Shown one piece after another: positions 6,366 to 15,246 of a stretch of 17,669 bases of DNA (position 1 is its first letter; each line of letters opens with the position of its first letter). The notes under the pieces were generated by a model. That model did not search any database and was not told the DNA's origin. It saw only the letters and a list, made by a program, of their open reading frames with translations. A program made the translations under genes and the position numbers. Origin of the DNA: a bacterium (GTDB taxonomy: Bacteria; Arandabacterota; Arandabacteria; Arandabacterales; JALGWA01); contig JASFEA010000068.1 of NCBI GenBank assembly GCA_050125095.1, positions 1-17,669 on the forward strand, in the 5' to 3' direction.

Positions 6366-8294
6366 CTATGAAACCGACTTCTTGACGAAGTTCAGGAGCC
6401 CTCCTTCGAGAACGATATCCCTCTGCCTGTCGGAGAGGTCATATGTCGCCTTGACCTCGATTCCCCTGGTCTTGTTGACCAACGTCAGCGGCTCGTTCTT
6501 CTTGAGACTCTCTCTGACGCCCTCGATCACCATCTCGTCCCCGCTGTCGATCCTGTCGTAATCGGCGGGATCTCCGAATGTAAGCGGAATGATGCCGAAG
6601 TTGATGAGATTGGCCTTGTGGATTCTCGCGAAGGACTTGACCAGAACCCACTTGATGCCGAGGTACATGGGCGCCAGCGCGGCGTGCTCGCGGCTCGAGC
6701 CCTGGCCGTAGTTCTCGCCGCCCACCAGGAATCCGCCTCCGGCCTCCTTGCAGCGGGCCGAGAAAGTGGGGTCGACGATCTCGCACACGTGCTCGGCGAT
6801 CGCCGGGATGTTGGACCTCAGGGGAAGTATCTTGGCCCCGGCCGGCATGATGTGGTCGGTCGTGATATTGTCGCCCATCTTGAGCAGCACCAGGCCCTCC
6901 AGCCTGTCCGGCATTGGTTCATTAACGGGGAGAGGCTTGATATTGGGGCCACGCAGTATCTCGACCTTGCTCCCGTCCTCCGGGGGCGGGATGATCATGT
7001 TGTCGTTGACGACGAACTTGTCGGGAAGGTCGATCCTGGGCGGGTCGCCGAGCTTCCTGGGGTCGGTGAGCACGCCCTTGAGCGCCGTGGCCACGGCCGT
7101 CTCTACGCTCGTGAGATAGACCTTGGCGTCGGCGGTGCCGCTTCTGCCCTCGAAGTTCCTGTTATGCGTTCTCACGGACACCCCGGCCGAAGGAGGCGAG
7201 GCGCCCATGCCGATACAGGGACCGCATGCCGACTCGAGTATGCGTCCACCGGCCGCGATCACCTTCTCAAGCGCGCCCGCCCGGGCCATCATCTCGAACA
7301 CCTGCTTGGAGCCGGGCCCGACGACAAGGCTCAGGTTCGGGGCGATGGTCTTGCCCGCGAGCATCTCCGCCGCCAGGAGCATCTCCTTAAGAGAGGAGTT
7401 GGTGCAGCTGCCGATGGCGACCTGGTCTACCTTCATGCCCTCGAGCTCGCTCACCTTGACGACGCGGTCGGGATTGAATGGCTGCGCCACATTGGGCTCG
7501 AGAGCGCTGAGGTCGATATCCAGCGTCTCGTCGTAAACCGCGTCCGGGTCGGAGACGATCTCGGTCCAGTCATCTCCCCTTCCCTGGGCCTCAAGGAACT
7601 CCTTTGTTATCTCGTCGGAAGGGAAGATGGACGTCGTGGCGCCGAGCTCCGCGCCCATGTTGGTGATTGTGGCGCGCTCGGGCACGGTAAGCGACTTCAC
7701 TCCCTCGCCACCGTACTCCATGATCTTGCCGACTCCTCCCTTGACGGTGAGAATCCTCAAGATTTCGAGTATCACGTCCTTCGCCGCCACCCAGGGCCGG
7801 AGCCTGCCCTTGAGTTTGACAAGCACGATCTTGGGGCTCGTAAGATAGAAGGGATAACCCGCCATCGCCGCGGCGACGTCAAGGCCGCCCGCGCCGATCG
7901 CGATCATGCCGATACCGCCGCCGGTGGGAGTATGGCTGTCCGAGCCGAGCATTGTCCTGCCGGGCACGCCGAAGCGCTCGAGGTTTACCTGGTGGCAGAT
8001 GCCGTTTCCGGGCCGCGAGAAGTAGAGACCGTACCTGGCCGCGATGCTCTGCAGGAAGCGGTGGTCGTCGGCGTTCATGAACGCGGTCTGCAGAGTGTTG
8101 TGGTCGACATAGCTCACCGAAAGGTCGGTTCTCACCCGCGGTATGCCCAGGGCCTCGAACTGGAGGTACGCCATCGTCCCGGTGGCGTCCTGTGTCAGGG
8201 TCTGGTCGATCCTGATGGCGATCGGATTGCCGGGCGCCATTTCGCCTTCGACGATGTGTTTCTCCAGGACTTTCTGTGCTACTGACTTCCCCAT
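6366..8294 (-). CDS. Aconitate hydratase (short ~640-aa type)
   Basis: TQDATGTMA, YVDHN, GNGICHQ, GSDSHT, IGSCTNSS, SACGPCIG (three 4Fe-4S Cys), HNRNFEGRSG, NITTDHI, NYGQGSSREHAA. GGAGGAG RBS. Confidence 0.95.
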   Translation of the reverse strand: MGKSVAQKVLEKHIVEGEMAPGNPIAIRIDQTLTQDATGTMAYLQFEALGIPRVRTDLSVSYVDHNTLQTAFMNADDHRFLQSIAARYGLYFSRPGNGICHQVNLERFGVPGRTMLGSDSHTPTGGGIGMIAIGAGGLDVAAAMAGYPFYLTSPKIVLVKLKGRLRPWVAAKDVILEILRILTVKGGVGKIMEYGGEGVKSLTVPERATITNMGAELGATTSIFPSDEITKEFLEAQGRGDDWTEIVSDPDAVYDETLDIDLSALEPNVAQPFNPDRVVKVSELEGMKVDQVAIGSCTNSSLKEMLLAAEMLAGKTIAPNLSLVVGPGSKQVFEMMARAGALEKVIAAGGRILESACGPCIGMGASPPSAGVSVRTHNRNFEGRSGTADAKVYLTSVETAVATALKGVLTDPRKLGDPPRIDLPDKFVVNDNMIIPPPEDGSKVEILRGPNIKPLPVNEPMPDRLEGLVLLKMGDNITTDHIMPAGAKILPLRSNIPAIAEHVCEIVDPTFSARCKEAGGGFLVGGENYGQGSSREHAALAPMYLGIKWVLVKSFARIHKANLINFGIIPLTFGDPADYDRIDSGDEMVIEGVRESLKKNEPLTLVNKTRGIEVKATYDLSDRQRDIVLEGGLLNFVKKSVS

Positions 8295-8351
8295 TACTGC
8301 TCCTCCGTGTTGCGCCTAAACCGGACCTGGTTCTTTGAGATTAGCCTCCAA

Positions 8352-8380
8352 ACCCTACCACAAAGTACGTCCGTACTCAA
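8352..8380 (-). promoter_or_regulatory. Possible aconitase promoter with an embedded palindrome
   Basis: Minus strand TTGAGT (8380-8375), 17-nt spacer, TAGGGT (8357-8352) with a TG extension. Inverted repeat AGTACG-tc-CGTACT at 8364-8377. Confidence 0.4.
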
Positions 8381-8466
8381 GGGGTCTGGTTCTGTATGCA
8401 CGGGGGGCCGGACGGCGTCATTTGCGGGGCGCCATATGCCGCGTAGGATCATATGCCGGGCCCCAT

Positions 8467-8495
8467 TTGCCGGGGAGGCCCCGATATGCTATAAT
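8467..8495 (+). promoter_or_regulatory. Sigma70 promoter for the metallophosphoesterase gene
   Basis: TTGCCG (8467-8472), 17-nt spacer, TATAAT (8490-8495), with extended -10 TG at 8487-8488. Confidence 0.7.
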
Positions 8496-8547
8496 TCAGG
8501 AGCACGGACACGACAACCAGTGCTCTTACAGCGAAGGAGAGAGGGTG

Positions 8548-10596
8548 ATGATCGGGCGACCGTCCGCGGTCCTTTTTGCTATTCTTACCGGGCTTCTCCT
8601 GCTGGCGACACTCGGCCTTCCCCGGGAGGCCGCTGCCATCGGCGACACGCTCACTGTCATCCAGCGGCCGCTTGTAAATATCCCCACCATCGTAGTATCC
8701 GACGGCACCTTCACCATCGAATGCGAGGCGGGCGCGGGGACCACCGGATGGGCGGCGGAGCTCATTCACGACGGTGTTCATGTGCCGCTTACGATAGACA
8801 GCGCCTACTATAACTCCTCAACCACCTGGTGGGAACTCGGGGCGGGCGTTCCCGCGGTCTCCCTCTACGAGCTTTATGATCTTAAGGTAACCGCCGACGG
8901 CGGGGTAATCGATATCACGAAGAACGCCGTCAAGGTCATACCCGCGTTCAAGAACGACTACTACTTCATACATATCACGGATCCTCATCTGCCCACCCAC
9001 CTCTACTATTATGAAGAAGGCGCCGACACGGACTCGTCGGAGGTGGTGGATATGAGGGAGGTCATACATGATGTGAACATCATCAACCCGGAGTTCGTGC
9101 TTCTCACAGGCGACTACATAAATGAGGGCGAGCTGGAGGAATTTCTCAACAAGCAGTACTACACGCGCTCCCAGGCGCTGCTCTACGAGTTCGAGGTGCC
9201 GGTGTATCTCACCTCCGGCAATCACGATATCGGGGGATGGGACGACTCTCCGCCGCCCGACGGCACCGCCCGCCGCGACTGGTGGCGATTCTTCGGGTGG
9301 AAGCGCCTGGACTCGCCGCCGCCGGGCGCGCCCGAGTACACCCAGAACTACTCATTCGATTACGGGCCGGTGCACTACATCGGTCTTGAAGCCTACATAA
9401 ACTACGACGGATGGCGCTACGGCATTTACGGCGGTGAGAGTTTCACGTCGGGGCAGCTGGACTGGCTCGATGATGACATGGCCGCGGCCTCCGGAAGCGA
9501 CGCCCATGTTCTCTTCTATCACTATGACTTCTCCAACCAGATCAACCTGAATAGCCTGGGCGCCGACATGTCGCTCGCCGGTCACACTCACAGGGATGAA
9601 GACGACTTCTCGCATCCTTATGAGGTAATCACCGACAACGTTTGCAACGGCGCCCGCAAGTACAGGCTCATCCGCGTATCGGGGAGCTCACTTACGCCGA
9701 CCTATACCATCTCGGCGGGTTCGAACGGCAACAACCTCAGAGTCGACTATTCGCCGGCCAATGACGGCACCAACTACACTGTAACAGCGAGCATCACCAA
9801 GAGCATGAGCGAGAACTTCGAGCACGGGCAGCTCCGCTTCCTAATGCCCAACGAGGCGGGGACTTTCTATGTCACCGGCGGAACGCTCGTCCAGGTCGAC
9901 TACTCGGGGGCGCACGCGGTATGCTATGTCGCCGTTGACATCTCGTCGCCTTCGCAGTCGGTCACCGTCACGCTTGAGCCGGCCGCTCCCGAGCCGCCGA
10001 CGGTCACTGTGGAATCGCCAGACGGCGGCGAGACCTGGTACCTTGACACCTTCTTCGACATCACATGGACTGCCGAGGACGATGTCGGCGTGGTCGGAGT
10101 CGACATCCTGCTCTCCTCGGACGGCGGCGCGACCTACCCCCATGCCATTGCCGCGGGCGAGGCCGATGACGGTGTCTACTCCTGGCTTGTGGATGTTTAC
10201 CCGACGACCGAGGCCCGCGTCAAGGTCGTGGCCTGGGACGGGGATTCGCTGAGCGGCGAGGACGAGAGCGACGCCGACTTCGAAATAAACGACCCCGCGT
10301 CGGGTGTCAGCCCTGGGGGTGAGGCGCCCGCGCATGCGCTCATCGGCGGGAACATTCCCAATCCATTCAGCGCGCGCACCGTCTTCAGGTTCGGGGTGCC
10401 CGCGGATGGATGGGCGGACCTCGGCATATACGACGTGTCGGGACGCCTGGTCGCGCGGGTAGCCGGGGGCGCGTTCGAGGCCGGTTACCATGAAGTCGCC
10501 TGGGAAAACCGCGAAGGGGTCAGACCCGGCGTATACTTCTTGAGGCTCAACTTCGGCGGCGCGGAAGCGACGCGGAAGATCGTTATCTCCAAGTAG
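8548..10596 (+). CDS. Secreted calcineurin-like metallophosphoesterase with Ig-like domain and FlgD/T9SS-like C-terminal domain
   Basis: Signal peptide after ATG 8548 (AAGGAG RBS; GTG 8545 possible). MPP motifs HITDPH, TGDYIN, SGNHD, FYH, AGHTH. Ig-like module PTVTVESPDGGETW...ITW. C-terminus PNPFS...IYDVSGRLV...PGVYFLRL...KIVISK. Confidence 0.88.
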   Translation: MIGRPSAVLFAILTGLLLLATLGLPREAAAIGDTLTVIQRPLVNIPTIVVSDGTFTIECEAGAGTTGWAAELIHDGVHVPLTIDSAYYNSSTTWWELGAGVPAVSLYELYDLKVTADGGVIDITKNAVKVIPAFKNDYYFIHITDPHLPTHLYYYEEGADTDSSEVVDMREVIHDVNIINPEFVLLTGDYINEGELEEFLNKQYYTRSQALLYEFEVPVYLTSGNHDIGGWDDSPPPDGTARRDWWRFFGWKRLDSPPPGAPEYTQNYSFDYGPVHYIGLEAYINYDGWRYGIYGGESFTSGQLDWLDDDMAAASGSDAHVLFYHYDFSNQINLNSLGADMSLAGHTHRDEDDFSHPYEVITDNVCNGARKYRLIRVSGSSLTPTYTISAGSNGNNLRVDYSPANDGTNYTVTASITKSMSENFEHGQLRFLMPNEAGTFYVTGGTLVQVDYSGAHAVCYVAVDISSPSQSVTVTLEPAAPEPPTVTVESPDGGETWYLDTFFDITWTAEDDVGVVGVDILLSSDGGATYPHAIAAGEADDGVYSWLVDVYPTTEARVKVVAWDGDSLSGEDESDADFEINDPASGVSPGGEAPAHALIGGNIPNPFSARTVFRFGVPADGWADLGIYDVSGRLVARVAGGAFEAGYHEVAWENREGVRPGVYFLRLNFGGAEATRKIVISK

Positions 10597-10720
10597 CGGC
10601 GGGCCCGCCTGACATTCTGCCTGTTGTATGGCTCCCGATCCTTGTGGTATCTTAGTCCGGCTGATTACCGGGCAGGCTTGAGCGGGGCGCTTCAGAAGAC
10701 GGTTGCCATAGGCGATTGCC

Positions 10721-11770
10721 ATGCAAATAGGCGCAAGAACCTTCAGAGTCGGATCGGGCCTCACGATTTTTCTGGCAATAAGCGTCGTGAGCGCCCTCGT
10801 CATCATAATCGCGACCGCCGACCCCGGGACATGGGCAAGCCTCAGGAGGATGAGACCGGGTTATATAGCGCTGGCCTCGGTGTTGATGGTCATACAGTGG
10901 TGCCTTAACGGCATAAGGTTCAGGATCCTGGTAAACAGCCTCGGCAACAATGTGAGTCTTCTTACCTCATTCAAGGCTTTCATGACCAACATATTCCTGG
11001 GGGCGGTGACCCCGAGCCAGACAGGGGGTGGGCCCATGCAGATCTACGTCCTCAGCAAGGCGGGCGTCCCGGTGTCGAAGGCCTTCGCCGGCTGCCTCAT
11101 GGGGGCCGTGCTCACTGTGATATGTCTTGTTTCCTCCGCACTCGCCGTGCTCCTCTCGAGCCCTGCCCTCAGGTCGGAGTTCGGCCCGCGCATGACCGGG
11201 ATACTGCTGGCCGCGGTTGTGGTGTTCGGCCTCCTGGTGCTGACTTTCGTGCTCTCGCTGACGCGCACGCGGGCGGTCAAGAGGCTCATCGGCCGGACGC
11301 TGCTTGCCGCCATGCGCGCCCTGAGGCTCGACCGGAGAATCGGGTTCACCAAGCGCGTCCTCGGTGGCGTGGACCAGTACAGGGAAAGCATGTCGGTGTT
11401 CGCAAGGACGAAGAAGTCGAAGCTCGTCGCCGCTCTCCTTATCACCATGGCCGCTATCTCCACCAATGCGCTTATCGCACCCGTGTTGCTGTCGGGTCTC
11501 AATATCGAGTACGACATAGCGACCATATACCCGGCGCAGTTCATTCTCTTCTTCATCGCCTACTTCGGCCCCACGCCCGGCGCGAGCGGCATCGCCGAGT
11601 TCAGCAACTTCTGGATCCTGACCACGCTCAGCATCCAGCCCAATTTGCTGGGCATCTACACCGTGCTATGGCGCTTCTTCACCATTTTCGTCGGGGTTAC
11701 CGTGGGCGGACTCATCGTGCTCTCGCTCCTGCCGCGCCGCAAAGAGCTGCCCGGAGCGGAATCTGTTTAA
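10721..11770 (+). CDS. Lysylphosphatidylglycerol synthase TM / flippase-like (UPF0104) membrane protein
   Basis: Polytopic hydrophobic protein with family motifs GAVTPSQTGGGP, PTPGASGIAE and LWRFFT. Confidence 0.88.
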   Translation: MQIGARTFRVGSGLTIFLAISVVSALVIIIATADPGTWASLRRMRPGYIALASVLMVIQWCLNGIRFRILVNSLGNNVSLLTSFKAFMTNIFLGAVTPSQTGGGPMQIYVLSKAGVPVSKAFAGCLMGAVLTVICLVSSALAVLLSSPALRSEFGPRMTGILLAAVVVFGLLVLTFVLSLTRTRAVKRLIGRTLLAAMRALRLDRRIGFTKRVLGGVDQYRESMSVFARTKKSKLVAALLITMAAISTNALIAPVLLSGLNIEYDIATIYPAQFILFFIAYFGPTPGASGIAEFSNFWILTTLSIQPNLLGIYTVLWRFFTIFVGVTVGGLIVLSLLPRRKELPGAESV

Positions 11771-11821
11771 GTCCGAACTCGTTGCTGGTAGAGTGAATCT
11801 AAAGAGCATGGAGGTAACGCA

Positions 11822-12748
11822 ATGAAAATCGCAGATGATATCACCAAGCTGGTCGGGAACACACCGCTCGTGCGGATAAACAAGCTGGCTGAGGGGCTGC
11901 CGGGGAACATCGTCGCGAAACTCGAGTCTTTCAACCCGCTTTCAAGCGTGAAGGACAGAATCGGGGTAAGCATGATTGATGCGGCGGAGCGGCTGGGTGT
12001 CCTCAAACCCGGGATCACCGTGGTCGAGCCGACGAGCGGCAACACGGGCATCGGGCTCGCCTTCGTATGTGCGGCGAGGGGTTACAAGCTCATATTGACC
12101 ATGCCGGAGACCATGAGCGAGGAGCGGAAGAAGCTCTTGCTCGCGCTGGGGGCAGAGCTTGTGCTCACTCCGGGCGATAAGGGCATGAAGGGCGCGGTTG
12201 CTGCGGCAAAGGAGATCGCGGCGTCGGACCCGAGGACATTCACGCCCAACCAGTTCGGGAACCCCGCGAATCCGGCAATTCACCGGCAGACCACCGCCGA
12301 GGAGATCTGGGCGGACACGGACGGCCGGGTGGACGTGGTGGTCTGCGGCACGGGCACGGGCGGGACGGTAACGGGCGTCGGCGAGGGACTGAAGCAGAAG
12401 AAGCCGGGAATAAAGATAATAGCCGTCGAGCCCGCGGAGTCGCCGGTGCTGTCGGGCGGAAAACCGGGACCGCACAAGATCCAGGGCTGGGGGCCGGGAT
12501 TCGTGCCGGACGTCGTGAACCTGGACGTGGTCGATGAGATAATGAAGGTGAACTACGAGCAGGCGGCGGGGACGACGCGGAGGCTCGCTCAGGAAGAGGG
12601 GATATTCGGCGGTGTCTCCTGCGGCGGCGCCATGTGCGCCGCGCTTGAGGTCGCCAGGCGGGCCGAGAACAAGGGCAAGCTCATCGTGGTCATCCTGCCG
12701 GATACGGGCGAGCGTTATCTGAGCACCGACCTGTTCGGTATCGCTTGA
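11822..12748 (+). CDS. cysK: Cysteine synthase A (O-acetylserine sulfhydrylase)
   Basis: [23 protein letters not shown] (PLP Lys), [41 protein letters not shown]. Confidence 0.97.
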   Translation: MKIADDITKLVGNTPLVRINKLAEGLPGNIVAKLESFNPLSSVKDRIGVSMIDAAERLGVLKPGITVVEPTSGNTGIGLAFVCAARGYKLILTMPETMSEERKKLLLALGAELVLTPGDKGMKGAVAAAKEIAASDPRTFTPNQFGNPANPAIHRQTTAEEIWADTDGRVDVVVCGTGTGGTVTGVGEGLKQKKPGIKIIAVEPAESPVLSGGKPGPHKIQGWGPGFVPDVVNLDVVDEIMKVNYEQAAGTTRRLAQEEGIFGGVSCGGAMCAALEVARRAENKGKLIVVILPDTGERYLSTDLFGIA

Positions 12749-12764
12749 TGCGAGTGGAGGAGGT

Positions 12765-13277
12765 ATGGGAGTGAAGAAAGTCGCGGTTCTTGTTGAGAAC
12801 CAGTACCAGGAGCTGGAGGTCTGGTACCCTTACCTGCGCCTCAAGGAAGCCGGTTTCGACGTCAAAATGGTGGGGACGGGCAAGGGCGAGTACAAGAGCA
12901 AGGTGGGTTATCCGGCCAGGGAAGAAGTGCCCGTGGATAAGGCGAAGGCCGCAGAGTTCGATGCCGTAGTGGTGCCCGGCGGGTACGCGCCGGATTTTCT
13001 TAGAAGGCATGAAAAGATAAACTCGTTTGTCCGCTCGATATATGATAAGGGTGGTGTCGTCGCCGGCATATGCCACGGCGGGTGGGTTCTGATCTCTGCC
13101 GGGATAATGGACGGCAAGAAAGCTACATCCTTCTTTGCCATAAAGGACGACATGGAGAACGCCGGCGCGAGATGGGAAGACAGCGAGGTTGTCGTCGACG
13201 GGAACCTCGTCACTTCGAGGAAGCCTGAGGATCTGCCGGCTTTTCTCAAGGAGATCATCCGGCTTCTGGAAGCGTAG
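12765..13277 (+). CDS. PfpI/DJ-1 family (type 1 glutamine amidotransferase-like) protease/deglycase
   Basis: YQELEVWYP, VVPGGYAPD, ICHG nucleophile elbow, VVVDGNLVTSRKPEDLPAF. GGAGGAGG RBS. Confidence 0.93.
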   Translation: MGVKKVAVLVENQYQELEVWYPYLRLKEAGFDVKMVGTGKGEYKSKVGYPAREEVPVDKAKAAEFDAVVVPGGYAPDFLRRHEKINSFVRSIYDKGGVVAGICHGGWVLISAGIMDGKKATSFFAIKDDMENAGARWEDSEVVVDGNLVTSRKPEDLPAFLKEIIRLLEA

Positions 13278-13299
13278 TTGTGGGAAACGGGAGGTGAGA

Positions 13300-13671
13300 T
13301 TGGCCAGACCTGCGCGGACGCTGCGGCTCGCGGTCCTTTTCCTGATTCTGATTGCGGCCATATACGTCGTTTTCAATTCGCGTTTCATAAGAAACGTGGG
13401 CGGGCCGGGCGTGTTCGATGTTGCCGAGCTGCTTGAGGGCGAGGTGACCGAAGGAACGGTCACCGTGCACGGCATAGTCGACATTGTCGAGCCCGAAGAC
13501 GACGTCGTCTTTCTCAAGGACTTCGAGAGGCGGGAAGTCTGCGTCGACAGCGTCTACCTGTTCGCCGTAATCAAGGTTTACAGCCACGCCCGTTTTGAGG
13601 AAGGTGAGGAGGTGGCCGTCACCGGTACGGTGAGTTACGAAGACGGCCTGCCGGTCATCATTTCCGAGTAA
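13300..13671 (+). CDS. Membrane-anchored putative OB-fold protein (paralog 1)
   Basis: GGAGGTG RBS then TTG at 13300. N-terminal TM (LAVLFLILIAAIYVVF), then beta-rich VTVHGIV...VFLKD...IKV...GEEVAVTGTV. Confidence 0.65.
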   Translation: MARPARTLRLAVLFLILIAAIYVVFNSRFIRNVGGPGVFDVAELLEGEVTEGTVTVHGIVDIVEPEDDVVFLKDFERREVCVDSVYLFAVIKVYSHARFEEGEEVAVTGTVSYEDGLPVIISE

Positions 13672-13695
13672 TACCCCTGTGATTGCGAGGGTATA

Positions 13696-14202
13696 ATGAC
13701 AGACCAAGACGGGATGCAACCGCAAGACGCCCCGCAAGCCCCGGGGCGAAGGCCCATCCCGACCATCGGCATCATCGCGGTACTCGTCGTAGTCGTTTTG
13801 ATATTCTTCGGCCCCAGGCTCCTGCGCAAGTTCGAGGAGTATCCCCCGGCGGATGTCTGCGACATCCTGAGAGGCGACGTCGAGGGCGACCTCGTGATGG
13901 TGCGCGGTATAGTGCAGAGGGAGAGAAGCGGCCAGGGGTATATCTTTCTGGGTGACGTGGAAGAACACGGCGAGATATTGGTCGACGGCATACGAATGAT
14001 GCCGGTCATTCGGGTCCAGTCCTGGGCCTGGTTCAATACGGGGGACGAAGTCAGGCTGCCCGTGCGCATAACCAGGGACAGCGACGGCAATCTGCTGCTC
14101 GTGGAGGCAAGGGAGAGGCGTGAACGCTCTCACAGGGGAATGGTTGAGCGGGGCGGGGCGGACTCGGCCGGTGCGACCCGGGAGGCACAGGACGGGCGAT
14201 GA
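13696..14202 (+). CDS. Membrane-anchored putative OB-fold protein (paralog 2)
   Basis: TM (IGIIAVLVVVVLIFF), then VMVRGIV...IFLGD...IRV...GDEVRLPVRI. Aligns by eye with the preceding ORF; its stop overlaps the next start (ATGA). Confidence 0.65.
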   Translation: MTDQDGMQPQDAPQAPGRRPIPTIGIIAVLVVVVLIFFGPRLLRKFEEYPPADVCDILRGDVEGDLVMVRGIVQRERSGQGYIFLGDVEEHGEILVDGIRMMPVIRVQSWAWFNTGDEVRLPVRITRDSDGNLLLVEARERRERSHRGMVERGGADSAGATREAQDGR

Positions 14203-14993
14203 ATGTCATAGAGGTCGCGCGGGTCAAGGTGATCGAGCCCTGTGGCCTCGACCTCTTCGATTTTCAGATAGACCCCTATTCGGGCTGTGCCCATCAATGT
14301 GCCTACTGCTATACGCAGAACGACGCACCGCTGGACTGGGAAAATGAAGTCGGCGTAGTCCCGGGACTTGAAGAGAAGCTCAGGGCTGAACTCGGTTCAA
14401 TCGCGCCCGGGACGATCTACATGGGGATGAACACGGATCCCTACCAGCCGGCGGAGAAGGACTTCCGGCAGACGCGCCTGGTGCTCGAGGTTCTGGAAGA
14501 GGCGGGCTTTTCGGTCTGCGTCCTCACCAAGTCGGACCTGGTAGAGAGGGACGCCGACGTCATAAAGCGCATGCAGGGATCATCCGTGGGATTCTCGGTG
14601 GCCTTCACGGATGAGGATGCGAGGCGAGCATTCGAGAAGAACACCATATCTCTCGAAGCGAGGCTGGCCGCTCTTGAGAAGCTCTATGAGATGGGCATCG
14701 AGACTTATGGGCTGATCGATCCCGTCATCCCAGGTCTCACAGATGTGGATGCGCTGCTGGACCTGCTGGCTCCATGCGTCGATACGGTGTGGGTTTATGC
14801 GCTGCACATGGCTTCGCGGGAGGATCCCAACTGGAGGGCGACCTGGGATGTGCTCATGCGGCGGTTTCCGGAAGCATTCGATGCTGTCGAAAGGGCCGCT
14901 CTCGATAAAAACGACGACTACTGGGCCGGCCTCCGGGAGAGCCTGCTGGATAGGGCGGAAAGCCTTCCTGCCAAACTCGAAATACACGTCTGA
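14199..14993 (+). CDS. Radical SAM protein, spore photoproduct lyase-like (SPL/Rv2578c-like) family
   Basis: IDPYSGCAHQCAYCY (CxxxCxxC), TDPYQPAE, LTKSDLVERD, PVIPGLTD. Confidence 0.88.
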   Translation: MNVIEVARVKVIEPCGLDLFDFQIDPYSGCAHQCAYCYTQNDAPLDWENEVGVVPGLEEKLRAELGSIAPGTIYMGMNTDPYQPAEKDFRQTRLVLEVLEEAGFSVCVLTKSDLVERDADVIKRMQGSSVGFSVAFTDEDARRAFEKNTISLEARLAALEKLYEMGIETYGLIDPVIPGLTDVDALLDLLAPCVDTVWVYALHMASREDPNWRATWDVLMRRFPEAFDAVERAALDKNDDYWAGLRESLLDRAESLPAKLEIHV

Positions 14994-15007
14994 GCCTCTC
15001 CCCGGTA

Positions 15008-15128
15008 GTGTATTCTAATACCTGACCCCCAAAGACAATTGTGCATTTCAAGACCTGGCCCCCGGAGATTGTGCATTTTAAGACCTGACCCCGAAAAGAA
15101 TGCCCCATGTGTGCATCTAAAGACTGGG
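15008..15128 (+). repeat. Intergenic array of 3-4 degenerate ~22-bp direct repeats (GTGCATTTYAAGACCTGACCCC), REP-like
   Basis: gtgtattctaatacctgacccc (15008-15029), gtgcatttcaagacctggcccc (15041-15062), gtgcattttaagacctgacccc (15071-15092), and partial gtgcatctaaagactggg (15111-15128). Periods are 33, 30 and 40 bp. Confidence 0.8.
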
Positions 15129-15149
15129 TGGAGGGGATGAAGGAAACGA

Positions 15150-15178
15150 CAGACATAGACCGGGATTTTTGGTATAAT
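15150..15178 (+). promoter_or_regulatory. Sigma70 promoter (extended -10) for the C10 peptidase gene
   Basis: CAGACA (15150-15155), 17-nt spacer, TATAAT (15173-15178), with TG at 15170-15171. Confidence 0.6.
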
Positions 15179-15246
15179 GTATATTGGCTGGTAATGTCCC
15201 GGGGTCTCGTTAGCGGGCCCCTCTTTTAATGGAAAGGTGGATAGAA

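Noticed and set aside
6618-8285. 555-aa plus-strand ORF
   Set aside because: Antisense shadow of aconitase caused by GC-rich codon bias; no recognisable motifs.
8335-8547. Upstream extension of the metallophosphoesterase ORF and overlapping ORF 8307-8813
   Set aside because: The promoter at 8467-8495, the RBS and the signal peptide all place the start at 8545 or 8548.
9841-13517. Long alternative-frame and antisense ORFs (e.g. 9841-10806, 11122-11796, 12690-13517)
   Set aside because: They overlap well-supported genes, lack motifs, and are expected in high-GC DNA.
13300-14202. CcmE heme chaperone assignment for the TM plus OB-fold ORFs
   Set aside because: No C-terminal HxxxY/CxxxY heme-attachment motif and no ccm genes nearby.
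15008-15128. Mini CRISPR array
   Set aside because: Gaps of 8-18 bp are too short for spacers, the repeats are degenerate, and no cas genes are in the window.
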